From the NCBI GenBank assembly GCA_037444445.1, contig JBBIMK010000018.1, positions 7,535 to 39,534 on the forward strand: 32,000 bases of DNA. The letters run 5' to 3'. The translations under genes were made by a program, and so were the position numbers. Within the stretch, counting starts at the first letter, position 1, and each line of letters begins with the position of its first letter. Below are positions 9,533 through 17,891 of the stretch, piece by piece. This DNA is from a bacterium (GTDB lineage: Bacteria; UBP7; UBA6624; JBBIMK01). The notes under the pieces are model-generated. The model made no database searches. It was not told where the DNA came from and worked only from the letters and a program-made list of their open reading frames with translations.

Positions 9533-11494
9533 GTGAGCAGAAGAATGAAAAAAACTCTCTTTTTACTTGCCCTCTCGGTGTTTATTCCTGTCCATCTTTC
9601 TGCGGGGGAGGAATTTTTCCCTCTGGAGAAAATCCAGCCCGGGATGGAAGGGATTGCTAAAACGGTGGTGGAAGGAACTACCATTTCCACCCTGCAGGTG
9701 AAAATCCTGGATGTACTTCCTTCCTATGCACCGGGAGGAGGAACCTTGCTTTTGATACGCATCAGTGGACCTGCGGCGGAGAAAGCGGGGGGCATTGCCA
9801 GCGGGATGAGCGGGAGTCCGATTTACCTGGACGGCAAGCTGGCGGGTGCCATTAGCGTGGGATTTACTTTCTCAGATAATTTTATTGGGGGCGCCACTTA
9901 TATCGGCGATATGATGAAAAGCCTGCCCCAATCCTTTGACACAGAAAAAACCTGGGTGAGTCAGGTCCCGCGTCGGGACCATTCGCCCACTGCCCCTGCT
10001 TATGATTTTATTGCCTATGCTCCCACACGCAGACAGGCAATGGAATGGAGTCGCCTTCTCCCTTCGCGAGCCCTGGTCATGTATCCACTGCGAACGCCCT
10101 TTTATCTCAGCGCCCCTCAAGGAAGCCCTGCTTTCGCCTATCTAAAACAGGTATTTGCCCGTTTTGCCCCGGGAGCTGAATTATCTGAAATCGGTGGAGC
10201 GGCCTCGGAAGAGCCTCTCTCCTTCCAACCTCCCAGCCTCACACCCGGTGATGCCCTGGGCTTCGTCCTTGGAAGTGGCATTCTTCCTCTGTTCGCCTTC
10301 GGCACATTAACTTATGTGGATGATGAAGGGCGATTCCTCGCCTTCGGACATTCTGCACTGGAAACGGGTGAAAGCCTCGTCCCCACCAGTTCTATCTATG
10401 TTTCTACTACCGTCCAGAGCCTGCGAAGCCCGTTCAAATTAGGCAAGCCTGTTCACCTCGTAGGTATCGTCAGCAACGATGAATCCGCCTCCATTGGGGG
10501 GTGGTTGGGGAAAATCCCCCGAACCATTCCTCTCAGGGTGAAAATCTACGACGACGACCTGAAGCAGGAAATGGAAGCCCGAGAAGAGATCACTCCCCTT
10601 CAGGATTTCTTCGCTTCCATAGTCCTCGCCACAATCTCCTACACCGCCAATCGGGTGATGAAACGGATTGGAAAGGGCACCGCCCGATACGAATTTGAAA
10701 TTCGCGGCGAGGGCATAGAGCCCATTCAATGGAACGACCGCATCACGGAGAAGATGATTCTATCTGTGCCCGGCACTGCCATCCCCATCCCTCCCGACAT
10801 CTCATTCACTATGAGCCAGGACCTTTCCTTCCTCTTAAACCTTCTTCTGGAAAATCCCTATCATCGCGTTGTTCCTGCAGAAATTACCTTCTCCGCTCAT
10901 GTAACCCGGGAAGAGCAACTGACTTACATCCAAAAAATGGAAGTGGAAGAGTTTAAGAGAGCATCACCACCCTACATCGTTCAACCGGGCAAGGATTTAC
11001 ACATCCAGGTTACTTTGAAGGCATACCGGGGAGAAACACAGGAAGAAAATCTGCTCCTCACCCTTCCGCAGAACCTTCCAGAAGGTCCCGCAAAACTGGT
11101 CGTCTATGGAGGAAGCCTGATGCCTCATCCTTTCGCGGACAAGCGGGAGCGAGATGGCCTGGAAGCGGCACAAAACTATTTTCAAGCCCGGTCTGAAGCC
11201 TGGAAAAAGGAGTCGCTGAAGGATGTGCTATCTCTCATCCTTTCCTCGGAGAAGAACCAGTTCCTGGTCGCACGCCTTCTGGTGCCTTCCCGTTCCTCTG
11301 ACAGCGAATCGGAGGAAGTAGAAAAGGAAACAGTGGCTCCAATGGATGTAAGCACTCATCTCCTGATGGATGCAATCGTGGCAGGCGCAGATATGCTCCG
11401 GGTGAAGATTGAAATTCCGGGCAAAAAACACCCCCCTCCTGAAGAGGAAAAAGCACCTCCCGGGCGCCCTTCGCTGTATGATAGCCTTCCCTGA
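9533..11494 (+). CDS. Secreted SpoIVB-type (peptidase S55-like) serine protease with a long uncharacterised C-terminal region
   Basis: Signal peptide 'KKTLFLLALSVFIPVHLSA'. 'GGIASGMSGSPIYLDGKLAGAISVGF' (GMSGSP at nt 9803-9820) and 'FGTLTYVDDEGRFLAFGH' (His codon 10349-10351) match the two signature blocks of SpoIVB. The start is either GTG 9533 or ATG 9545. Confidence 0.7.
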   Translation: MSRRMKKTLFLLALSVFIPVHLSAGEEFFPLEKIQPGMEGIAKTVVEGTTISTLQVKILDVLPSYAPGGGTLLLIRISGPAAEKAGGIASGMSGSPIYLDGKLAGAISVGFTFSDNFIGGATYIGDMMKSLPQSFDTEKTWVSQVPRRDHSPTAPAYDFIAYAPTRRQAMEWSRLLPSRALVMYPLRTPFYLSAPQGSPAFAYLKQVFARFAPGAELSEIGGAASEEPLSFQPPSLTPGDALGFVLGSGILPLFAFGTLTYVDDEGRFLAFGHSALETGESLVPTSSIYVSTTVQSLRSPFKLGKPVHLVGIVSNDESASIGGWLGKIPRTIPLRVKIYDDDLKQEMEAREEITPLQDFFASIVLATISYTANRVMKRIGKGTARYEFEIRGEGIEPIQWNDRITEKMILSVPGTAIPIPPDISFTMSQDLSFLLNLLLENPYHRVVPAEITFSAHVTREEQLTYIQKMEVEEFKRASPPYIVQPGKDLHIQVTLKAYRGETQEENLLLTLPQNLPEGPAKLVVYGGSLMPHPFADKRERDGLEAAQNYFQARSEAWKKESLKDVLSLILSSEKNQFLVARLLVPSRSSDSESEEVEKETVAPMDVSTHLLMDAIVAGADMLRVKIEIPGKKHPPPEEEKAPPGRPSLYDSLP

Positions 11495-11600
11495 CTACTA
11501 CCCTCCCTGAGTCTGTGAGGCCGTATGTTCTAATCTCCGAAGATATGAACCTTTTTTTCTTTCACCTGTATTCTGCCCGCTGTGCATTCAGGTTCAAACC

Positions 11601-12728
11601 TTGAGAATTGCCTTTCTCACTGAGCGATTACTTCAGGGATTCGGCGCCGACCGCATGGTCTATGAACTTGCCAGGGGTCTGGCACAAAAAGGGCATTCCG
11701 TCCTGCTGTGGCATATTGTTTCTGATGGCAGTTATCCCCCTGTGCCCCATCTGGAATTGAAACAGGTTTCCATCCACCGCTCCCGATTTTTCCCCGCTTA
11801 CGAATGGAATGCCCTCCGGAGGCTTCGCTACATCCGCAAAGCCTCCGTCTCTGTGGACATCTGGGTCATCAGCACCATCCCCTTCTATCCTTATGCTTCC
11901 ATCTTAAAACCCTCTGTAGTTCTGGACTTCGGGCTCCCCCCGACTTACGGTTTCACCCCCCTACAAAAATTCAATTTCACATATATGGGCTGGACTCAAT
12001 ATGGAATCCATTATCGCAAATCCCAGAAGGTGTTCACCATCTCCTACTTTTTACAGGAAAAACTCTCGGAGGCCCTTCGGCAGAAGAGCACGGTTCTGTA
12101 TCCCGGCTCTGACCACTATGCACGGGGGGTTATATCGCCCCGGAGTCATGAAAAACCACCCGACATTCGCAACCACTTAAAAATCCCCTCTGACCATGTT
12201 CTTTTCCTGTATGTTGGACGACTCAATCCATCAGAACAGCCGTATAAAGGGGTGAAAGACCTGGTAGAAATGACACGGCATCTGAAAACCCTCACCTCAG
12301 CACCCTTCTCCCTCCTGCTCGTAGGGTATGGTGGTGAAGAAGAGCGCAAACGATGGGAAAGAGAAGGCATCCCCGTGCTGACAAATGTTCCACACTCCTG
12401 GCTTCCCGCCATTTACGATACCACAGATGTAGTTGTATCCGCTTCCCGGTGGGAAGGATTTAATCTCCCGCTGTTAGAGGGTCAATCCTTCGGCAGGCCT
12501 GTAATTGCTTACAAAGTGGGAGGCCATCCAGAAGTCGTAAAAGAAGAAGTCACAGGATTCCTGGCGAGAACGCAGAAGGAATTCATTAACTATATGAAAC
12601 TTCTAACTGAGAATCGTGACATCCGCTACAAAATGGGGGAGGAAGCCTTCCACTGGTCGCAGAAATTCCAGTGGCGATACAGTGTAGAAAAACTTCACCT
12701 TGCCCTTTCCACCTCCGGGTCAAGATAG
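11601..12728 (+). CDS. Glycosyltransferase family 4 (GT-B fold)
   Basis: N-terminus 'RIAFLTERLLQGFGADRMVYELARGLAQKGHSV' and the C-terminal 'SRWEGFNLPLLEGQSFGRPVIAYKVGGHPEVV' (EX7E-type motif). TTG start at 11601 with no obvious SD. Confidence 0.8.
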   Translation: MRIAFLTERLLQGFGADRMVYELARGLAQKGHSVLLWHIVSDGSYPPVPHLELKQVSIHRSRFFPAYEWNALRRLRYIRKASVSVDIWVISTIPFYPYASILKPSVVLDFGLPPTYGFTPLQKFNFTYMGWTQYGIHYRKSQKVFTISYFLQEKLSEALRQKSTVLYPGSDHYARGVISPRSHEKPPDIRNHLKIPSDHVLFLYVGRLNPSEQPYKGVKDLVEMTRHLKTLTSAPFSLLLVGYGGEEERKRWEREGIPVLTNVPHSWLPAIYDTTDVVVSASRWEGFNLPLLEGQSFGRPVIAYKVGGHPEVVKEEVTGFLARTQKEFINYMKLLTENRDIRYKMGEEAFHWSQKFQWRYSVEKLHLALSTSGSR

Positions 12729-12730
12729 AG

Positions 12731-12751
12731 CCCCGCCAAAATATAGCGGGG
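12731..12751 (+). terminator. GC-rich hairpin just after the GT4 stop
   Basis: CCCCGC (12731-12736) / GCGGGG (12746-12751) with a 9-nt loop. No U-tract follows, so terminator function is uncertain. Confidence 0.25.
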
Positions 12752-12791
12752 AACTGGAAGGGAAGTCTCTCGCTTTAGCCCGGGAAGAAGT

Positions 12792-12965
12792 ATGTTGTTC
12801 AAGGATGACCGCCGCCGAGAAAAAACAGTGAAATGGGTGTCCCGCTCTACCAGGACACACCGAATCAAAACTATGGATTTACCGGAATGTGATGCAATCC
12901 ACTCATACTTTGAACACTTTGAAGTGGTTAAGAATATAGAACTGGAAACTTATCAACCGGGATAG
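12792..12965 (+). CDS. Hypothetical 57-aa ORF, below the ORF-track cutoff
   Basis: Hand translation gives MLFKDDRRREKTVKWVSRSTRTHRIKTMDLPECDAIHSYFEHFEVVKNIELETYQPG, from ATG 12792 to TAG 12963-12965. It is the only sizeable ORF in the 314-nt gap. The SD is weak (GGGAAGAAG, too close to the ATG) and I recognise no family. Confidence 0.15.
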   Translation: MLFKDDRRREKTVKWVSRSTRTHRIKTMDLPECDAIHSYFEHFEVVKNIELETYQPG

Positions 12966-13026
12966 CGTTTGAGTCAAACAGGGAGGAAGTTGTCTCTTAT
13001 CCTACCCCGGATGGTAAAACAAGCGG

Positions 13027-13032
13027 TATAAT
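13027..13032 (+). promoter_or_regulatory. Consensus -10 hexamer (TATAAT) 10 nt upstream of the dnaX ATG
   Basis: TATAAT at 13027-13032 and ATG at 13043. No TG extension and no recognisable -35. An AAGGGTGG purine tract lies between them. Confidence 0.3.
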
Positions 13033-13042
13033 AAAGGGTGGA

Positions 13043-14815
13043 ATGGCAGTAGCCTTATACCGAAAGTATCGCCCCCAGAGTTTTGAGGAAATGGTGGGGC
13101 AGAGGGCGGTGGTGACAGGGCTGAAGAACGCCCTGGAGATGGGGAAATGGGTGCACGCCTACCTTTTTTCTGGTCCTCGTGGGTCCGGGAAAACCACGGC
13201 GGCACGGATACTTGCGAAAGCCTTGAATTGCTTGCAAGCAAAGGAGCCCACGCCTACCCCCTGCGGAATCTGCGAAAATTGTTCATCCATCCGGGATGGA
13301 CGTTGCCTGGATGTTACGGAGATGGATGCCGCCTCCAACCGTGGAATTGATGAGATTCGCAATTTGAAAGAGAGTGTGGCATTTCAGCCCTCCGTTTGCC
13401 GATTTAAGGTGTATATCATTGATGAAGCCCACATGCTCACCACCCCGGCGTTTAACGCTTTGCTAAAAACCCTGGAAGAGCCACCGGCGAATGTGGTGTT
13501 TGTTCTCTGCACCACGGAAGCGCATAAAATTCCCCTGACCATCCTTTCCCGCTGTCAGCGGTATGATTTCACCCGTCTTCCGGCGGAGGATATGTTCACC
13601 TTACTACAACGGGTGGTTCAAGAAGAAAACTACACCCTGGAAGACGGTGTTTTTGACCTGCTTTACGCCCATTCTGAAGGTGCCGTTCGGGATGCCCTTT
13701 CTCTTCTGGAGCAACTTGCCATCTATAGCCACAACCATATTACCAGGCAGGCATTCCTGGAACTTCTGGGTATTCCGCAGAAGCAATTTTATTTTGACCT
13801 GCTGTCTGCCCTGTCCAGTAGAGATTTCCCCCGGATTCTCACCCATTCCCGTCAAGCCTGCGAGATGGGATTGAGTTTCTGGAACTTCCTGAACACTTTT
13901 ACTTCACTTTTACGAGACCTACTCGCCATCCGTCAGGGTATTCCCCCGTCGGATTTGTATTTGGAGGGAGAGCGGACCCGGCTCACCTCTATCGCTGCTT
14001 CGTTTTCCACCGCTGACCTCTTCACATTATTTGACAGGCTGGGGCATTTTCGGTATGTCTTTAAGTGGGAAACCGAGGGCAGATTGCTATGGGACATTGC
14101 TTTCCTCACTCTATTTCATTGTCTTTCCGGGGGAAGTCCGCTCTCTGCCGAAGAAGCAGAAGAGAAGCGCGAAATCCAGATACCTGCCGTTGAAAAGCAA
14201 GGGGTTTCCCGCCCTGCCCCTCAGCCTGAAAGAGAGGAAAAAATTCCCGTTATAGAGACGAAAAAATTACCGCTGAAAGAAAAACCACCTGAATTTCTCT
14301 TCCGAGAAGAGGAAGAGAGATATCCACCATCGGCGGGGAAAGAATCCAGTGACTCATCAGCGCTTCTGTCGCCACCGGCAGTAGAAGAGTCGGTCTCAAC
14401 AGAGTCTGCGGGAGAAACAGGGAGCCGAAATATCCCGGCAGAACTGAACTGGCAAGGTTTCTATTCTGCCTTAAAGGTTCAGAATCCGGTGTTAGCGGGG
14501 ATTCTTTCGCCTGCCACGATTCAAGAGTTTTCTTCTTCCCGTCTCGTGATTTCCTACCCTTCTTCCTTCTCCTTTCCTCGTATTTATTTGAAGAAAGTTT
14601 CTGTCCGGCGAGAACTGGAGGAAAGACTGAAGGAATTTTTCCAGCAGGATGTTGCGTTTCGGGTGGTGGAATCAGATGAAAACTCTTCTACTCCATCACC
14701 TCCCTCCCCACCGGCAGAAGTGCAAAACAAGGAACGGCGAGAGGTTGCCTCTTCCGAAGGAGAAATCACGATTCAGAGAATTCTAAACTTCTTTCCGGGA
14801 AGTCAGAAGGAGTAG
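13043..14815 (+). CDS. dnaX: DNA polymerase III subunit tau (gamma/tau)
   Basis: 'YRPQSFEEMVGQ', Walker A 'GPRGSGKTTAARILAKALNC', a Zn-module of Cys residues 'CGICENCSSIRDGRC', 'IIDEAHMLT' and 'SRCQRYDF'. An E/P/K-rich linker follows, then a tau C-terminal domain. Confidence 0.96.
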   Translation: MAVALYRKYRPQSFEEMVGQRAVVTGLKNALEMGKWVHAYLFSGPRGSGKTTAARILAKALNCLQAKEPTPTPCGICENCSSIRDGRCLDVTEMDAASNRGIDEIRNLKESVAFQPSVCRFKVYIIDEAHMLTTPAFNALLKTLEEPPANVVFVLCTTEAHKIPLTILSRCQRYDFTRLPAEDMFTLLQRVVQEENYTLEDGVFDLLYAHSEGAVRDALSLLEQLAIYSHNHITRQAFLELLGIPQKQFYFDLLSALSSRDFPRILTHSRQACEMGLSFWNFLNTFTSLLRDLLAIRQGIPPSDLYLEGERTRLTSIAASFSTADLFTLFDRLGHFRYVFKWETEGRLLWDIAFLTLFHCLSGGSPLSAEEAEEKREIQIPAVEKQGVSRPAPQPEREEKIPVIETKKLPLKEKPPEFLFREEEERYPPSAGKESSDSSALLSPPAVEESVSTESAGETGSRNIPAELNWQGFYSALKVQNPVLAGILSPATIQEFSSSRLVISYPSSFSFPRIYLKKVSVRRELEERLKEFFQQDVAFRVVESDENSSTPSPPSPPAEVQNKERREVASSEGEITIQRILNFFPGSQKE

Positions 14816-14820
14816 AGGAG

Positions 14821-15126
14821 ATGGACATACGGAAGCTTTTAGGCGATGTTCAGAAGTTGAAGCGCCAGGCGGAACAGATACGAGATGAACTGGAGAAGAT
14901 AGAGGCGGAGGGCATAGCCCAGGGTGGAAGGGTGCGCATCCGAATGAACGGCATCCAGCAGGTTCTGGAGGTCAGGATTGACCCTTCGCTGGTTCAGGCT
15001 GGAAATGCTCCTGTGCTGGAATCCCTGATTCAGCAGGCCTTCCAGAATGCGGAGGAGCGGATTCAGAAAATCCATCGTCAAAAACTCCAGGGGCTGGGAG
15101 CAGGGAATCTCCCGTTTTTCCGGTGA
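14821..15126 (+). CDS. ybaB: YbaB/EbfC family nucleoid-associated protein
   Basis: 101 aa. 'LLGDVQKLKRQAEQIRDELEKIEAEGIAQGGRVRIRMNG.QQVLEVRIDPSLV'. Classical dnaX-ybaB-recR synteny. Strong GGAG SD. Confidence 0.93.
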   Translation: MDIRKLLGDVQKLKRQAEQIRDELEKIEAEGIAQGGRVRIRMNGIQQVLEVRIDPSLVQAGNAPVLESLIQQAFQNAEERIQKIHRQKLQGLGAGNLPFFR

Positions 15127-15719
15127 AAATCCTGCCTGACATACTCCAGAACCTGATTCAGGAGATGAAGAAGTTACCCGGCGTTGGGGGTAAATCCTCC
15201 ACTCGTCTGGCATTTTATTTGTTGGAAAGCTCACCGGAACAGAGGGAGAGACTGACAAAGGCTTTGCAAGCCGTGGATAAGATTCACTGGTGCTTACGGT
15301 GTTTTTTTGTAGCGGAGGACGAATTGTGCGAAATCTGTAAAGATATGGCGCGAGATGGTTCATTGCTGTGTATTGTGGAAAAGCCTGCGGATGTGATAGC
15401 CATTGAGAAGGCGGGGCGGTATGTCGGCCGCTATCATGTTCTTCACGGGCTCCTCTCCCCCCTGGAAGGGGTTCGCCCTGAGGATTTGAAAATTCCCGCT
15501 CTCTTAAAGCGTGTAGAAGAAGAGAAGCCAGGGGAAATCATTTTCGCCCTGTCGCCGACCCTGGAAGGGGAAATGACTTTACAATATCTCACGGAACAAT
15601 TGAAGAAAAGTGAGAGTAAACTTTCCCGCCTTGCCCGAGGGGTGCCTTTCGGTGCTAACCTGGAATTTACAGACGAGATGACTATGAGCAAAGCCTTTGA
15701 AGGGCGTCAGCCTTTGTAA
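15123..15719 (+). CDS. recR: Recombination protein RecR
   Basis: HhH '[17 protein letters not shown]', zinc finger '[16 protein letters not shown]', Toprim '[23 protein letters not shown]'. GTG start overlaps the ybaB stop. Confidence 0.95.
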   Translation: MKILPDILQNLIQEMKKLPGVGGKSSTRLAFYLLESSPEQRERLTKALQAVDKIHWCLRCFFVAEDELCEICKDMARDGSLLCIVEKPADVIAIEKAGRYVGRYHVLHGLLSPLEGVRPEDLKIPALLKRVEEEKPGEIIFALSPTLEGEMTLQYLTEQLKKSESKLSRLARGVPFGANLEFTDEMTMSKAFEGRQPL

Positions 15720-15766
15720 AAAAGACAGGGGGTAATGAACGAGAGAAAAAAGAAGGTGAAGAAGAA

Positions 15767-16657
15767 ATGGAAGAGGTTCTGACGGGAGATTTTCAGGTAA
15801 AGGTGGGGCTGGCAGAGATGCTGAAGGGGGGGGTCATTATGGATGTAGTGACCCCCGAGCAGGCGAAGGTCGCGGAGGAAGCAGGAGCGGTGGCCGTGAT
15901 GGCTCTGGAGCGTGTGCCGGCTGACATCCGAGCCGCTGGCGGCGTGGCCCGGATGGCAGACCCGGAAATTATCCTCAAAATTATGGATACTGTTAGCATC
16001 CCTGTGATGGCAAAATGCCGCATCGGGCACTTCGTAGAAGCACAGATTCTGGAAGCATTGGGTGTGGATTTCATTGATGAAAGCGAGGTTCTCACACCCG
16101 CAGATGAGGAGCACCATATCCACAAACATGAGTTCAAAGTGCCCTTCGTGTGTGGGTGTCGGGATCTGGGAGAGGCTCTGCGACGCATTGGAGAAGGAGC
16201 GGCGATGATTCGCACTAAAGGGGAAGCAGGAACGGGAAATGTGGTGGAAGCAGTCCGGCACATGAGGAAAGTGCAGGGGCACATCAAGCGTTTGACTGTC
16301 CTGCGGGAAGAGGAACTCATGGCAGAAGCGAAGGCCCTCGGAGCACCCTATGAACTTGTGAAGTGGGTGGCAGAGCACGGGCGATTGCCGGTACCCAACT
16401 TTGCTGCCGGTGGCATAGCCACTCCTGCGGATGCCGCCTTGATGCTTCAACTGGGCGCTGAAGCGGTGTTCGTGGGCTCCGGCATCTTCAAGTCCGCGGA
16501 CCCACAAAAAAGAGCCCATGCCATCGTCCAGGCTGTAGCACACTTCCAGGACCCGAAGGTTCTTGCCGAGGTCTCCAGAGCCCTCGGCGAGCCCATGAAG
16601 GGGCTGGACATCGCTTCTATGCCGGAAGCCGAAAAACTTCAGGTGAGAGGGTGGTAA
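15767..16657 (+). CDS. pdxS: Pyridoxal 5'-phosphate synthase lyase subunit PdxS
   Basis: '[54 protein letters not shown]' is near-invariant PdxS sequence. Confidence 0.97.
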   Translation: MEEVLTGDFQVKVGLAEMLKGGVIMDVVTPEQAKVAEEAGAVAVMALERVPADIRAAGGVARMADPEIILKIMDTVSIPVMAKCRIGHFVEAQILEALGVDFIDESEVLTPADEEHHIHKHEFKVPFVCGCRDLGEALRRIGEGAAMIRTKGEAGTGNVVEAVRHMRKVQGHIKRLTVLREEELMAEAKALGAPYELVKWVAEHGRLPVPNFAAGGIATPADAALMLQLGAEAVFVGSGIFKSADPQKRAHAIVQAVAHFQDPKVLAEVSRALGEPMKGLDIASMPEAEKLQVRGW

Positions 16658-17247
16658 GCAAGATACCACCTATCGGAGTTCTCGCCCTGCAAGGGGATTT
16701 TGAAAAGCATCAGGAAATCTTCCACGCCCTCACGACAGAAACGGTGCGAGTAAGGGTTCCGGAAGACCTGCAGAAGGTTTCCGCACTTGTCATTCCAGGG
16801 GGTGAAAGCACCACCCTTCGCATCCTGATGAAAAAATCCAGCCTGTGGGAGGCAATAATAGGAAAGCGAGAGGAGCACTTTCCGATTTTTGGAACCTGCG
16901 CCGGCGTCATTCTGCTAAGCAAAGAAATTCCGGATTCCCCCGGAGAAGAGACCCTGGGATTTCTGAACATTCAAGTTCTTCGGAACGCATACGGGCGCCA
17001 GAGGGAAAGTTTCATTACCCCCGTTCAATTCCTTCCGGATGGTGCTTCTCCTGTTTCGGGTGTGTTTATTCGGGCTCCGCAAATCATCCGGGTGGGGAAG
17101 GATGTTCAGGTTCTGGCTCGTTTTCAAAATAGCCCGGTTCTGGTGGAAGAGGGGTTTTGTCTCGGTGCTACTTTTCATCCGGAACTGGTGGGCGAGGTTA
17201 GAATTCACCAGCGTTTCCTGAACCTGGTTCATAAAAGATGGGCATGA
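16651..17247 (+). CDS. pdxT: Pyridoxal 5'-phosphate synthase glutaminase subunit PdxT
   Basis: '[12 protein letters not shown]', '[10 protein letters not shown]', catalytic 'GTCAG', 'TFHPE'. GTG start overlaps the pdxS end. Confidence 0.93.
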   Translation: MVSKIPPIGVLALQGDFEKHQEIFHALTTETVRVRVPEDLQKVSALVIPGGESTTLRILMKKSSLWEAIIGKREEHFPIFGTCAGVILLSKEIPDSPGEETLGFLNIQVLRNAYGRQRESFITPVQFLPDGASPVSGVFIRAPQIIRVGKDVQVLARFQNSPVLVEEGFCLGATFHPELVGEVRIHQRFLNLVHKRWA

Positions 17248-17891
17248 AATACGGATTCTTGATAACCCTGGAGGGAATAGAAGGGAGTGGCAAGAGCACT
17301 CAGGCGAAACTGCTTTTCAAAAAATTTCAAGAGCGAGGGATTGCCGTAGAATTGACGCAGGAGCCGGGGGGCTCTCATCTGGGGAATGCCCTTCGGCACG
17401 CTCTTCTGAAAGGTCCGCCCGTTCATCCACTCACCGAATTGTTTCTCTTTCTTGCGGACCGGAATGAGCACTGGTGGGAAGTGATTCAGCCGGCACTGGC
17501 AGATGGAAAAGTGGTCATCATTGACCGCTTCCTGGATTCCACAGTGGCTTACCAGGGCTATGGCAGAGGGATTAACCTGGACATCATTCACCATCTGAAT
17601 CATCTTATTTTAAACGGGGAAGAACCGGATGTGACTATCCTTCTGGACATCTCTCAGAGGGGGGGGCTGGATCGTCTTCAGGGAGAAAAAGACCGGATCG
17701 AAAAGGAGGACCCCGCCTTCCACCTCCGGGTACGAGAAGGCTACTTAAAAGAAGCGGAGAAGAACCCCACCCGTTACCTGATATATGATGCTTCCCTGGA
17801 CCCGGATGCGCTATCCGTCAAAATTTTTCAGGATGTCTGGGAACGATACCAGAACTGGCTCACCCGGGCACAAAGAGGCAAGAATTCTTGA
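17238..17891 (+). CDS. tmk: Thymidylate kinase
   Basis: 'FITLEGIEGSGKSTQ' P-loop, 'DRF.DST.AYQG'. The start is ATG 17238 or ATG 17244. Confidence 0.93.
   Translation: MGMKYGFLITLEGIEGSGKSTQAKLLFKKFQERGIAVELTQEPGGSHLGNALRHALLKGPPVHPLTELFLFLADRNEHWWEVIQPALADGKVVIIDRFLDSTVAYQGYGRGINLDIIHHLNHLILNGEEPDVTILLDISQRGGLDRLQGEKDRIEKEDPAFHLRVREGYLKEAEKNPTRYLIYDASLDPDALSVKIFQDVWERYQNWLTRAQRGKNS

Noticed and set aside
11557-11570. T7 run after the S55 protease gene as a rho-independent terminator
   Set aside because: Only 4-bp stems (ATCT/AGAT, GTTC/GAAC) precede it, and I could not build a convincing GC-rich hairpin.
12729-13042. SRP (4.5S/scRNA) gene expected upstream of dnaX
   Set aside because: The conserved domain-IV sequence (GGAAGCAGC with a GNAR tetraloop and the matching 3' strand) is not present on either strand. 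Only a loose GGAAGGGAAG resemblance exists. It is not called as a feature, only flagged for a covariance-model check.
15735-15782. 15-codon upstream mini-ORF ([15 protein letters not shown]) overlapping the pdxS start
   Set aside because: It sits in a purine-rich SD region, has no known leader-peptide logic for pdxS and is too short to support.
15707-16669. 320-aa minus-strand ORF covering the whole of pdxS
   Set aside because: It is exactly antisense to a near-invariant, confidently identified PdxS gene. Its translation is low-complexity (rich in His, Cys, Ser and Arg) with no recognisable motif. Long antisense ORFs are expected opposite GNN/RNY-rich, highly expressed genes.
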